A stretch of DNA of 51,904 bases, from IMG/VR virus record IMGVR_UViG_3300036783_000038, positions 1 through 51,904 of that record; one strand, 5' to 3'. The notes under the pieces are model-generated. The model searched no databases and was not told the DNA's origin. It saw only the letters and a program-made list of their open reading frames with translations. A program made the translations under genes and the position numbers. The DNA comes from a virus. Taxonomy: Duplodnaviria; Caudoviricetes. Shown piece by piece: positions 9,316 through 19,178 of this stretch; positions within the stretch are counted from its first letter, which is position 1, and the number at the start of each line of letters is the position of its first letter.

Positions 9316-12300
9316 AACGCTCCATTTGCTTTACGAGATAACCCAAGCGTCGATTGTAGCGTGCTGATGTAAGGGCCATTGCGCTCGGCATCAGAAATCA
9401 GGAACTCAAGCACATAATTACCGTCACTTTGGGTTGTCCCCACATACTGCGGTTCAGCGTTTGACACTTGATTGTTGATGACCACCTGAACATTCAAACC
9501 ACCACCGCCCTGCATATCCTTATTGCTGATTACCCTGCCATTGTCTCCCGGTATCATGTACTGCTTACCGGTGCTGGCCTGATAAATCTCCGGCTTACCT
9601 TTCTCACCAACACGATACAGACTACCAGCAACTACCGGACCGCCGTTGTAACGAGCCCCTGCCAGCGCAAGCCCACTCGCCAGCCCAACGGTTGAGGTGA
9701 TGCCCGCCGATGCTGGCGCAGCGTTGGCTCCGAGTGTTGCGAGTGATGCCAGTGCTGCAGCCGGCGCCCAGGCCGAAGCGGTTGTTGCCGCCATGCCCGT
9801 AGATGCCGCCACGGAGGCCGCGCCAAGAGTCTGACCAAGGATATAGTTTTTCAGCGCCTCAACGCCCACCTGGACGATGCTGTTGATCACACTGTTCAGG
9901 ATGGTATTGCCGAGCGACCGCATCGCCTCCTGTGCTGACATTGTGCCGGTGATTAGGCCCGTAATGGCGTTGGAAGCATTACCACCGAATGCATCAACAG
10001 CACTCGTCAGCATGTCGTAGCCGAGGCTCATCTGACTTAGCTCTTCCCACTGCGCTTCCTGCCGCCTCTGCCGGTATTGCTCTTCTATCTGAGCGCGGGT
10101 CGCCTCAACTTCTGCAATTTTCTGCGGGTAGAGCATGGCGTACTCATCAAGTTGCGCCATTTGCTGCTGGAACTGGTTATCTAAAGCAAACACCGGCGAT
10201 GCCTGAGACTGTAGCCCGCTGAAGTTTTGTCCTGCCTGCTGTCGCCTCTGCTCTTCCTCGGCAACTGCCTTGATGGCCTGCTGCTGTTTCCAGATAGCCT
10301 CTGTTTGCGCGTCGCTTTGCTCAATGGCTTTGGTGCTGGCATTTGCACCCAGCGCCATTCGTGCATCGTACTTTGCAAGCTCCAGAGAGCCTTCGGCATA
10401 ACCGGTATTAAGGCGGTCAAGTTCAGCTCGCTGTCTGGAGAGTGACTGTGCCGCATCATCCGGCGATTGAGCAATTTTGCTGGTTGACTTAGATCCCGCT
10501 GATTCAGCCTCTTGTAAGTCATATCTTTTTGCTGCTGCCTCCTCAATCTGGCGAATCTGATTTGAATGCGCCTCAACGCCAGCATCAAGAGCCGATTGCC
10601 TTGCCTCAGCTATGGCTCTTTCCCTTTTATCGGTGATCGCTAATAGAGAATTTTGCCTCTCAATACTGGTGAGAAGTTTATCCCCATCTTCACTGCGAGA
10701 AACCATTAAGCTCGAAGAGTTAAAATTCTGCTTCGCTCTGGCGGCAAAATTAATCATATCCCCTAGCTTGCCCATCATGCCGGCAGCTATTCCTGCTTCC
10801 TGACCATCCCTACGAAGCAAATCAATTCCTTGCTTGAAGGTTCCATTAAGGGTTGCGTGTCCAATGTTGATCGCGTTCTGTGTTTGGCTAAGTCTGTTTT
10901 GAGCCTTTTCCAGTTCGAAAGTGGCGATATTAAGTCTATTCTGAGCGCCAGATAATGCTTCAGCAGCTTGCCTACCCCGGGTTGAGTTGCCGTAATTACC
11001 AATCTCTTTGTTGTAGTTTTTTACCGCATATGCTGCATCATCATAATTTTTCTTCGCTTCAGCAACGGCATCACTTAGCTCTGGAAGCTTCTCACTCAGC
11101 TTTCCTATTGTTGCAGCAAGTTCCGTGTTGGACATGGTCTTGAATTTAGAGCTTAATTCATTGACGCTATCAGCTAATGCATTAGCATCATCTCTTGCCT
11201 CTTTTGCTCGCTGTGAGAAGTAGAGTATTGCACTTGCAGCAAGGACAGCTGCGCCACCAACTCCACCGACTAATCTCAAGGCCTTGCTTACAAGGCCTGC
11301 CCCAGATGATGTAGCTGCCTGTGCAGCATTATTTGCCGCAAGGGAACGATTATAGTTATCAACCGCAGCAGCAGCAGCTATTCTGGCGGCAGATAATCTC
11401 TGCTCTGCGGCTGCGGCATTTGTTGCGCTGACTGCTGTCAATTTTTGCATTTCAGCCAATCGAATTTCATCAAGCGCTCGCTCCTTAGCTACTGTCGCGG
11501 CTCGCAGATCTGCGGCTGCTTTATTGGCTGTGGACTGAGCTGCCAGCTTTTCTTCTGCTGATAGTGTACGAGATGCGGCAGCAGTCTTTATTTTTGCAGC
11601 GGCCGCCATCGTTAATGCACCAACATAACGACTCCCCATGATTGCCGCCACCGCAGTGAGAGCTGCACTGAGTCCTCCAATATTTTCACTGACAGTAACA
11701 ACCGCATCACTAAAAATGGCCGCGCCTGTTCGAACTATGGAGTTTTCGCCAAAGAATTTTGTAATGTTGTTACCAGCAACCTGAAGAGCCTGGCTGATGG
11801 TGGTTGTTGTATTGGCAAATTCCGCGCCAATTACAGCCCCCTGGGAAAGAAGCCCGTTTACCACAACATCAGTGGTCAGTTTCCCCTGTGCTGCCATATT
11901 GCGCATTTGACCAATGCTGACCCCCATTGAGTCAGCAAGCGCGACGATTAAGCGATTTCCCTGCTCGTTAACAGAGTTAAATTCTTCGCCACGTAATGCA
12001 CCAGACGCCAGACCCTGAGATAACTGGATAATTGCATTTTCAGCTTCTTGTGCTGTTGCACCTGAAACGACAAACCCTTGATTTATGATTGTGGTTAACT
12101 TCGCCAGATCATCTGCGCTGGTCCCGTACTGCCTGGTTGCCCTTTCCAATCTTGCGTAGAGGGATGCCGTTGCATCTAAACTACTGCGAGTTTGCTGAGT
12201 AATGTTGAAAACCCTTTCAGTTACATCGGCAAGTTGTTCAGATGGGCGAAGAGAGTTTGATAATTTATTGTTAACAGTAGCCCACGCATCAGCGTATTCG

Positions 12301-12512
12301 GCTACCTGCTGAACTGACAATGCCGCGGTGAGAGCAACCGCTACACGTGACAGGCTAGACATTGAACGCTCAGTAGTATCAATTGAGCGCGTTGTTTTAT
12401 CAAAGCCGCGCTCCATCAGATCAAGGCGCTGATTAACGCGCTGCTGAGCAGTCAGTAAACCGCGTACATCCATCTCAATGTCGTAATAAATACCGCCAGC
12501 GTTCTCTGCCAT
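9312..12512 (-). CDS. Tail tape measure protein
   Basis: ~1066 aa, Ala-rich and helical, with the tape-measure domain QLSQGLASGALRGEEFNSV. Confidence 0.93.
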   Translation of the reverse strand: MAENAGGIYYDIEMDVRGLLTAQQRVNQRLDLMERGFDKTTRSIDTTERSMSSLSRVAVALTAALSVQQVAEYADAWATVNNKLSNSLRPSEQLADVTERVFNITQQTRSSLDATASLYARLERATRQYGTSADDLAKLTTIINQGFVVSGATAQEAENAIIQLSQGLASGALRGEEFNSVNEQGNRLIVALADSMGVSIGQMRNMAAQGKLTTDVVVNGLLSQGAVIGAEFANTTTTISQALQVAGNNITKFFGENSIVRTGAAIFSDAVVTVSENIGGLSAALTAVAAIMGSRYVGALTMAAAAKIKTAAASRTLSAEEKLAAQSTANKAAADLRAATVAKERALDEIRLAEMQKLTAVSATNAAAAEQRLSAARIAAAAAVDNYNRSLAANNAAQAATSSGAGLVSKALRLVGGVGGAAVLAASAILYFSQRAKEARDDANALADSVNELSSKFKTMSNTELAATIGKLSEKLPELSDAVAEAKKNYDDAAYAVKNYNKEIGNYGNSTRGRQAAEALSGAQNRLNIATFELEKAQNRLSQTQNAINIGHATLNGTFKQGIDLLRRDGQEAGIAAGMMGKLGDMINFAARAKQNFNSSSLMVSRSEDGDKLLTSIERQNSLLAITDKRERAIAEARQSALDAGVEAHSNQIRQIEEAAAKRYDLQEAESAGSKSTSKIAQSPDDAAQSLSRQRAELDRLNTGYAEGSLELAKYDARMALGANASTKAIEQSDAQTEAIWKQQQAIKAVAEEEQRRQQAGQNFSGLQSQASPVFALDNQFQQQMAQLDEYAMLYPQKIAEVEATRAQIEEQYRQRRQEAQWEELSQMSLGYDMLTSAVDAFGGNASNAITGLITGTMSAQEAMRSLGNTILNSVINSIVQVGVEALKNYILGQTLGAASVAASTGMAATTASAWAPAAALASLATLGANAAPASAGITSTVGLASGLALAGARYNGGPVVAGSLYRVGEKGKPEIYQASTGKQYMIPGDNGRVISNKDMQGGGGLNVQVVINNQVSNAEPQYVGTTQSDGNYVLEFLISDAERNGPYISTLQSTLGLSRKANGAF

Positions 12513-12607
12513 TTCCTTTTCTCCGGGCAATAAAAAACCCCGCCGAAGCGAGGTTTGGTTATCTTGATTGAGTTAGAGGACTATATTGGGAGGTAGGTTG
12601 TTATGCT

Positions 12608-13423
12608 CTAATTACAGAGTCTTTCCCATGAGTCGCTAAACGACTGGCCACCATCATCAATAGCCGACTGGCCGCCACTTGAAATATACCTAGCCTTTCC
12701 AGAATAAGCTCCAAAGCTGTTTTTGGCATTTACATAACCACAAACCGCCCCAGATTTAGAAACTTTTTCACCAGAAAATTCAGCGGATGATGGGTCTTTT
12801 AGTAACCCCTTAACCCCCATCTGAGATATGGATATCAATTTAACTACTTCATTTTCTTCTTTTCTAACTTCTTCTTTTACTTGCTTGTATTTCTGCTCTA
12901 GCTCATACCTTTCCCCCCATAAAGGAGAAATTGAGTTAACCCATGACAATGATAATGCGCACACGATTATGGAAAGAGTCGCTGGGACACCGACGTTCCA
13001 TTTCCATTTATCAGCGCCCCAAAAACAAAGCAAAACTAATGGAATTACGATGAAAAGAGCCACTGGCTCTCTAAAAGCAAAGAAGCACGTCACAAGAAAA
13101 ACAACCGCAGCTATAGAGAAAACTATCAACCCAATGGTTTTATTTGCTTTATTGGTTTTTAACGCCTTCTCTTTTATCGCATCGCCTTCCAGCTCTTGTT
13201 GTAATAAATATTCGCTATGTATGTACGTTTTGAGTGGGGTATAGTTTCCACTCTCATCCATATCACTAATAGCTCCATGAGAAATCATTTTTTCTATCAA
13301 CTGATTAACATCATCATCATTGATGTTCATACCCTTTTTTAGGTATTCGGAATCAAACTTTCCTATGGCAAAAACGAAGTTTATAGCCGATTTGTAAAGC
13401 GCTTCTAATTCGCTGCTTGTCAC
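12608..13423 (-). CDS. AT-rich moron membrane protein (N-terminal FtsK-gamma-like winged helix, ~3 TM segments, C-terminal LKDPxSAxF...VCGxVNAKNxFG domain)
   Basis: Central hydrophobic stretches, low GC, and flanking terminator hairpins (12531-12556, 13483-13505). Confidence 0.7.
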   Translation of the reverse strand: MTSSELEALYKSAINFVFAIGKFDSEYLKKGMNINDDDVNQLIEKMISHGAISDMDESGNYTPLKTYIHSEYLLQQELEGDAIKEKALKTNKANKTIGLIVFSIAAVVFLVTCFFAFREPVALFIVIPLVLLCFWGADKWKWNVGVPATLSIIVCALSLSWVNSISPLWGERYELEQKYKQVKEEVRKEENEVVKLISISQMGVKGLLKDPSSAEFSGEKVSKSGAVCGYVNAKNSFGAYSGKARYISSGGQSAIDDGGQSFSDSWERLCN

Positions 13424-13536
13424 ATCCCCATCCCCCTAAGTAAATGATAGGGGCAATCGTAGCAGGAATGCAGGGGAACGACAAAACCCGCAGTTAAGCG
13501 GGTTTGAGAATTCGAAGCACTAATTAGTGCTTCGGG

Positions 13537-14310
13537 TTAAAACATCTTGCGCAGGTCGACATCGTTTACCGCTTTCCATGCTTCTGCTGGCCAAGACTTT
13601 ACGGTGCCATACGTTTCATCTGGAACATCCTTTGGCACCATTCCATTTGCCGCACACCATTTCTTCAGAGGCCAGTGGCTGAATGGCTTTTTAATAATGC
13701 GCTGCACGGCCTTGATAGTAGCGTGCTTCTTACATTCTCCCAATTTCTCAGCCAGAGCGTTAGCTTTTCGCTTTTCCGCAGACGCTGTAGCCATCGCGGT
13801 AGCCTCCCGTTTCTCTGAAATCCATAGCTTTTCCTTCACAGCCCTATCACGCTGCTCAGCAATAATGCGATTCTCTTTCACCTTCAACAGAAGATCTTCG
13901 AGAGCCGCTTCGTAGGTCAGCGGGATGCCAACAGAATGGCCTGGTCGGAAATATGAATCCTCCAATCGCTCGAAGAATGACCACGCTTCATCGGTATCGA
14001 CAATCTTAGACATGCGGGCGGCGCCCTTCTCGGTCCATAAAACAACAGAGCGGGCTTTGCTCGAAATTTGTGCGTGACTATTAGTCACTCGCAAATCCTT
14101 CAGCTCTTGACCTTTGATGGTAAAGATGTGAATACCCTCAATGAAGCGGCTGGCGTTGCGCGAAAGGTTTTTCCTAATGTTAGCCTCATCCGAACCATAA
14201 CCTGCGGCCAGCGTTTCAGTCGTAACAACACGCAAACCCTTCCATTCAATCACCGGCAACGGCTGGGGATCGACATTTGGTTCATGAACTGCTAAATTAA
14301 ATGAAGTCAT
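13537..14310 (-). CDS. ORF6N-domain antirepressor-like DNA-binding protein
   Basis: RVVTTETLAAGYG...NLSRNASRFIEGIH...LWTEKGAARMSKIVDTDEAW is the ORF6N signature. Confidence 0.85.
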   Translation of the reverse strand: MTSFNLAVHEPNVDPQPLPVIEWKGLRVVTTETLAAGYGSDEANIRKNLSRNASRFIEGIHIFTIKGQELKDLRVTNSHAQISSKARSVVLWTEKGAARMSKIVDTDEAWSFFERLEDSYFRPGHSVGIPLTYEAALEDLLLKVKENRIIAEQRDRAVKEKLWISEKREATAMATASAEKRKANALAEKLGECKKHATIKAVQRIIKKPFSHWPLKKWCAANGMVPKDVPDETYGTVKSWPAEAWKAVNDVDLRKMF

Positions 14311-14369
14311 TAAGTGGTCCTTATGACAGATTAATGGATAGCCGGCAGCTGTGAACTGTCGGCTTTTCT

Positions 14370-14921
14370 TTAGTGCAGCTTTTCAATCGCATCTAATACC
14401 TTTCCTTTGATCTCCTCCTTAGTTGTCATTACGTAACCGTTCATCTGCATCAGTTCTACCAATGTTTTGACACTTATCAGACGTTCTCCTGGCTGCGCAA
14501 CTTTGGTATTGGTCATTACACCATTCTCAAACTCAAGCAGTACGCTACCTGAGAATAAAGGGCTGTTATTACCGTCATTTACCTCGCGATCGATGATATC
14601 CAGCACCCAGCGGCGGAACTCTTTAGCCTTTGGTGTTGAAGCAAACATCGCAACCAAGTGAGCACCTCGCAGCGAGTAAACTCTGACCGATTTGTTACGT
14701 AAGCTATTGTTTATCCCGTTGACCTTCATGTTGAGGGTCAATGACATGGATTCGGAAAACTCATCAGCATTACGGGCATAAATTTGGCTGATAGCATCAG
14801 TTTTTTTGTAGCCGAGAGCCTTAGCCAGTTCGGTGGAGGTAAACCAGATAGACCCGCCATCTGTTACTGGGTTAAAGGCGAATCCTTGGAAGTTGTAATC
14901 TGATTTTGCTACAATATTCAT
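14370..14921 (-). CDS. Bro-N domain antirepressor-like protein
   Basis: IWFTSTELAKALGY...YSLRGAHLVAMFASTPKAKEFRRWVLD. Confidence 0.85.
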   Translation of the reverse strand: MNIVAKSDYNFQGFAFNPVTDGGSIWFTSTELAKALGYKKTDAISQIYARNADEFSESMSLTLNMKVNGINNSLRNKSVRVYSLRGAHLVAMFASTPKAKEFRRWVLDIIDREVNDGNNSPLFSGSVLLEFENGVMTNTKVAQPGERLISVKTLVELMQMNGYVMTTKEEIKGKVLDAIEKLH

Positions 14922-14994
14922 GTCGATATTTCCTACGCGGATATTTTCGATAGAGACCCGGTTTGTGTTCGCGCACTGCCGGGTCTTGCCGTTT

Positions 14995-15168
14995 TTACTG
15001 ACCATTCACTCGATCCTCGCGCAAGCTCTTAGCTAGGCGCTGTACGATTGCAGAGTTAATAGAAATCCCGTCCATCTCAGCTAAGCGCCGGATATCCTCC
15101 TTCATTCGCTCTGGCAGGCGTAGCTGGAAGCTATCATTTTTACGACCGGTATATAGAACATCACTCAT
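14995..15168 (-). CDS. Arc-like ribbon-helix-helix repressor (57 aa)
   Basis: MSDVLYTGRKNDSFQLRLPERMKEDIRRLAEMDGISINSAIVQRL, with an AAGGAG RBS. Not in the ORF track. Confidence 0.85.
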   Translation of the reverse strand: MSDVLYTGRKNDSFQLRLPERMKEDIRRLAEMDGISINSAIVQRLAKSLREDRVNGQ

Positions 15169-15280
15169 TAACAAGTCTCCTTATTGGTTATAGCATCATT
15201 TTGATGCCTGACACCATTATGATGTCATTGTGGGTAATGTCAATATGATGCTACCGTGTTTCTATTAAAATTTACGGTTT

Positions 15281-15703
15281 ATGAAAATGACTGAAAAAGA
15301 TAACCCTAGCTTCATAGAGCGATTCACCGTCAGAATGCCGGATGGGATGCGAGACGCTATAGCTGAACGCGCCAAGGCCAACGGCAGGTCAATGAACTCA
15401 GAGATTATTCAGATATTACAGGATGCTCTTGCTGAACCATGCCAAGAGAGCCTAGCTAAGGCCAACTTTGCCGCTGAGGGCAATAATTTGCCGCCTGTCA
15501 CAGAAGATATGAAGGTATGGGCAGACCATTTGAGGAAGCAGGAAAACTCACCTGAGCTTGAAGGTCTTCTTCGCTCTATAGTAAAAATGCTTGCAGTTGT
15601 GGCCCCTGCGATTACAGGCGAAGAAGGGCTTCAACAGATACTAAAGAATTCCGCTAAGCCGGAGTCAATTGTTGATGCCATTTCAGATAAAAAGCCCACA
15701 TGA
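15281..15703 (+). CDS. Arc/Mnt-family repressor, divergent from the arc-like gene
   Basis: FTVRMPDGMRDAIAERAKANGRSMNSEIIQIL. Confidence 0.85.
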   Translation: MKMTEKDNPSFIERFTVRMPDGMRDAIAERAKANGRSMNSEIIQILQDALAEPCQESLAKANFAAEGNNLPPVTEDMKVWADHLRKQENSPELEGLLRSIVKMLAVVAPAITGEEGLQQILKNSAKPESIVDAISDKKPT

Positions 15704-15736
15704 GTGGGCTATTCAAAAACCAAGGATTGATGGGTT

Positions 15737-16291
15737 TCATGCTTCGGTAAGCGCGCCAGGAAAGCCGGGCAATGCCAACTGACCTTGCTTGTCCAGCTGA
15801 TCAATGCGTGAAAGTAACTGCGGCTTCTTCTCTTTCCCCCACCGGCGTAATAGGCGACCAGACATGCTGGCAACATCCTTCTCTTTCATGAATTCAAGCA
15901 TCACGGCGTTACGCTCAGACTCTAAATTGCGCGCCCCCTGTGCAATCATATCAGCCATCCAGTCGAACGCTGCAATGTACGCCTCCTTAAATGCAAAGGC
16001 GGCAGCACCGGTAAAGCTGAAGACCAGCATAGTCCATCCATTGCGAGTCATTCTGTAGAAGGGTTGAGGCTTTCCGTTCTGTAACTCATTGTTTTCATGG
16101 CAAAGCGTAAAATTGCGCTCTGCAAAATCTGGCGAACATGAGCTTATTACCTTTCTTGTCTTTCTCATGACATCCTTGTGTTCCTTGCTGAATGCCTTCG
16201 CCACTTTGAATGTATCTGTCGCAGACTCTGTGCCAGAGAGGAAAATCAGTTCACGAAAATCGAAGCCGTTAATAACAGTTGGGTATGACAT
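15737..16291 (-). CDS. rha: Rha family phage regulatory protein
   Basis: VAKAFSKEHKDVMRK...NF...YRMTRNGWTMLVFSFTG...FKEAYIAAFDWM. Confidence 0.85.
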   Translation of the reverse strand: MSYPTVINGFDFRELIFLSGTESATDTFKVAKAFSKEHKDVMRKTRKVISSCSPDFAERNFTLCHENNELQNGKPQPFYRMTRNGWTMLVFSFTGAAAFAFKEAYIAAFDWMADMIAQGARNLESERNAVMLEFMKEKDVASMSGRLLRRWGKEKKPQLLSRIDQLDKQGQLALPGFPGALTEA

Positions 16292-16470
16292 AGCGGTATT
16301 TCCTTTAGAAAGATGAGCCTGTTCGCACAGAAACGCCGCCCCGAGAAGGTCCGCACCTATACGGCGTTCCTCAGGCTCAGCTTTCTGAAAGACTCGGGAT
16401 TTAAATGCGCTGCGACGCGCGGGAGGTTTGTTGCGGGTATAAAAAAGCCCCGGACTATGCCGAGGCTGGT

Positions 16471-17175
16471 TTATTTGGTTTTGCTGTTTTGTTCCTGCTG
16501 CATCATCGCCTGCCAGCGGCGATCGTCTTCGTCCATAACCGTGTCGAATTCTTCACGGGTGAAGCCTTTCTGATTCGGGTATTTGGCGTTGAGCAGTAAT
16601 GCAAATTCGGTCATCGTGAGATTCTCTGCCTCTTCACGACTAATCCCGAAGTGGTTACGCGCCGCCATGATGTACTCAGCCGCCCGGAATTCAGAGGTCG
16701 TCTCGTTCGTCTCGTAGCGCTGAAGCTTGCGCACCTTGGCCTTGCCAACGATTCCATGCATCATCAGGTTTTGTGCAACAATGACCATGTTTTCCGGTGG
16801 CATGCTGCCCGGCCGCCAGACAAAGCCACGCTTTCGTGATTTCGCAGGCTTCATCCATCCAACCAGATTGCCGATATCGTCGTCGCAGCATGCGGTTAGT
16901 ACCGTATGCGCTGCCATGATGGCTTTGCGGGTAAGTAGCCCACTCTGAATGTATCGCAGGACACAATCAGGGAGGCGACTGTACTCGTCGCGAATATAGG
17001 CCTCAGCCGCGCGCTGTGCGAATGGCGTCGTCTCGTCATTGCACAGGTCATAGAACGTCTGGACGATTTCAGCAGATTCACCGATGCACGCCATGTTGCG
17101 GAATGACGGCCGGAAAAAGAATTCCCGGTCATCGGTACCGATAAGGCACTCACCTAATTCTTTAATGGGGGTCAT
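16471..17175 (-). CDS. Probable tail assembly chaperone
   Basis: Directly downstream of the major tail protein gene. Confidence 0.6.
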   Translation of the reverse strand: MTPIKELGECLIGTDDREFFFRPSFRNMACIGESAEIVQTFYDLCNDETTPFAQRAAEAYIRDEYSRLPDCVLRYIQSGLLTRKAIMAAHTVLTACCDDDIGNLVGWMKPAKSRKRGFVWRPGSMPPENMVIVAQNLMMHGIVGKAKVRKLQRYETNETTSEFRAAEYIMAARNHFGISREEAENLTMTEFALLLNAKYPNQKGFTREEFDTVMDEDDRRWQAMMQQEQNSKTK

Positions 17176-17242
17176 AGTCGCTCCATAAACAGTATCAAGG
17201 GCGCCGGAACGCCCTTTGTACTATTCACGAAAAGCCAGTGAG

Positions 17243-18007
17243 TTAGCTGATGGTCACCGTACACGCAACGGACGTGATTTTCACAGGCGTTGATGCAGAG
17301 TCGGTGACTTCGCATGTGTAAACGCCTGCATCACCGGAAACAGCGCTAGTCTTGTTGAAGGTCGCCGTTGTTTGCCCGCTGACAACCGATCCGTCTTTCT
17401 TCCACACGTAAGTGTAAGGTGAGGTGCCGCCATCGACCGCTACCGCCATATTAAGGGCTGAGCCAGCGGCTACCGTCTTGGTTGCAGTCAGGTTCGTGGT
17501 GAATGCCAGTGCTGGGCCAGCTACTTCAAACACGACAGTGTCAGCATCGTAGACTTTCCACTCACCGGAGAAGGTGGAAATATCAGAGGTGCCGAAATCA
17601 CCAGACCATGAGGTTGTGTTGAAATAACCCATGATATATGTGCCGGCATCTTCACCAGTAAAGTCGAAGCGAACCCAAATTGACGGCTGGCGACCGGCCT
17701 GCACCTCATCGAAAATATATTTCGAGATAGCAATGGCGCCGATTTCAGTCGTTTTATCCTGCTTACGGAATTCACCTTCACCGGAGATGGTGAAATCCAT
17801 GTTGTTGACCAGGTTCTCAACCAGCCCCTTCGTATCGTCAGCCTCAGAGGTGACGGTATTCATGGAGTAGTCGAACCCCTTGGTGGTTAGCGCGCCCAGG
17901 CGTTTCCATTCTGAAAGCGCCGGAACGGTATCAGCACAGCCCATGGCCATGCGTAGCACGGCCACCTTACCAATCAGCTTGCCGGTATCATTAGCACAGC
18001 CTTGCAT
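17243..18007 (-). CDS. Major tail protein with C-terminal Ig-like domain
   Basis: Tail-tube-like N-terminal domain; C-terminal YTYVWKKDG...DAGVYTCEVTD Ig signature. Confidence 0.85.
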   Translation of the reverse strand: MQGCANDTGKLIGKVAVLRMAMGCADTVPALSEWKRLGALTTKGFDYSMNTVTSEADDTKGLVENLVNNMDFTISGEGEFRKQDKTTEIGAIAISKYIFDEVQAGRQPSIWVRFDFTGEDAGTYIMGYFNTTSWSGDFGTSDISTFSGEWKVYDADTVVFEVAGPALAFTTNLTATKTVAAGSALNMAVAVDGGTSPYTYVWKKDGSVVSGQTTATFNKTSAVSGDAGVYTCEVTDSASTPVKITSVACTVTIS

Positions 18008-18064
18008 GTATACCTCTCAAATAAAAAAGGCCGCCAGATGGCAGCCTGTTAGTGATTCTGGCGA

Positions 18065-18448
18065 TTATTCGCCGTATGTGCAGGAGATGAGCAACCGCCA
18101 CACAAGCCGCCTCTCTTCAGTTGATATCGGTGCCGGGACGTTGCCGACAAGCCTCAGCGCACCGACACAATCATCCGCCCCCGATTGTGCGCTGATGTAC
18201 TCGACGATGGCGCTTACGGCAGCTTCGGCGGCATCAGGATCGAATTCTGAGCCGACTACATCGACCATTACGTACCAGTCGCCACCCATATCGTGGCTGA
18301 TATTTGTGCCACCTGACGGACGGAAAACGATGAACTGGTCTGAGGATTTGCCGCTATCCTTCCATTGCCGCCACTGCACCTTAAAACCTTCCGTCAGCTT
18401 CTCAGCAACAAACAAGTCCTTCAGGCGCATATACATAGCCGGGGTCAT
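18065..18448 (-). CDS. Tail terminator/completion protein
   Basis: Position and size in the head-tail joining block. Confidence 0.6.
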   Translation of the reverse strand: MTPAMYMRLKDLFVAEKLTEGFKVQWRQWKDSGKSSDQFIVFRPSGGTNISHDMGGDWYVMVDVVGSEFDPDAAEAAVSAIVEYISAQSGADDCVGALRLVGNVPAPISTEERRLVWRLLISCTYGE

Positions 18449-18813
18449 AGCGTCAGCTCCTTCTTAACCGCTGCGTCAATCTGACTGCGGGTATCTTCAA
18501 AGCCCTTCGTTAAGAACTCTTTCTGTGCAGTTGCTCGCCTAAAGTTTTGAGGAATGTTTGGGTCATGCACGTAGGTAGCATAAGACGCAGAGTAACCAAC
18601 ACGCCCGGTTACCCTGGTGCCGTTAGCCATGATTTCGCGGAACTGGCTGTTGATGAGCGTCGACGTATCGATCGGGGTGTAAATCGCTGCTTGCGCGCTG
18701 CCGATGAGCATTGCCGACCGCAACGCGCGCACGACTTTACGCCCCTGCACGTCCTTAATGATGCGGTCAAGATTGGCCTTCGCCTGGCGGATGCCGCGAA
18801 CTTTAGCGCCCAT
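18445..18813 (-). CDS. HK97 gp10-like neck protein
   Basis: PIDTSTLINS...YSASYATYVH pattern. Confidence 0.7.
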   Translation of the reverse strand: MGAKVRGIRQAKANLDRIIKDVQGRKVVRALRSAMLIGSAQAAIYTPIDTSTLINSQFREIMANGTRVTGRVGYSASYATYVHDPNIPQNFRRATAQKEFLTKGFEDTRSQIDAAVKKELTL

Positions 18814-18815
18814 AA

Positions 18816-19178
18816 TCAGACTCCCGTAATCAGTGCGAAATCGTCAGCCAGCCGCTCGAATGTATCGGCGTAGCGAATAACCTGCCGTATCTCATCGGCT
18901 TCATCCGGCGGCACCGCAGCGGTTGACGCGCCAATCAGGATATAATCTCCCTCCCGCGCCGTTGCGTGCTCGGTCCATATAGTGTTTTTAACCACGATTT
19001 CCCGACCAAGGTCACCGATTTTCGCAGAGAGACCGCCCTGGTAGTCGCAGAGGACAGCGATCGGCGCTTCCCACCCGTATGGCTGACCTCCGCCGTCGGT
19101 ATCGCTACCGTCAGCATCGCGTATACGCCGCCAGATTGTCGCTGTTGCCGTATATGACCAATTGGCTACCGAAGACAT
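18816..19178 (-). CDS. Head closure/adaptor protein
   Basis: Position in the head-tail block. Confidence 0.55.
   Translation of the reverse strand: MSSVANWSYTATATIWRRIRDADGSDTDGGGQPYGWEAPIAVLCDYQGGLSAKIGDLGREIVVKNTIWTEHATAREGDYILIGASTAAVPPDEADEIRQVIRYADTFERLADDFALITGV

Noticed and set aside
16471-17175. Programmed G/GT-type frameshift in the tail chaperone
   Set aside because: Single ORF followed by a terminator; no downstream overlapping frame seen.
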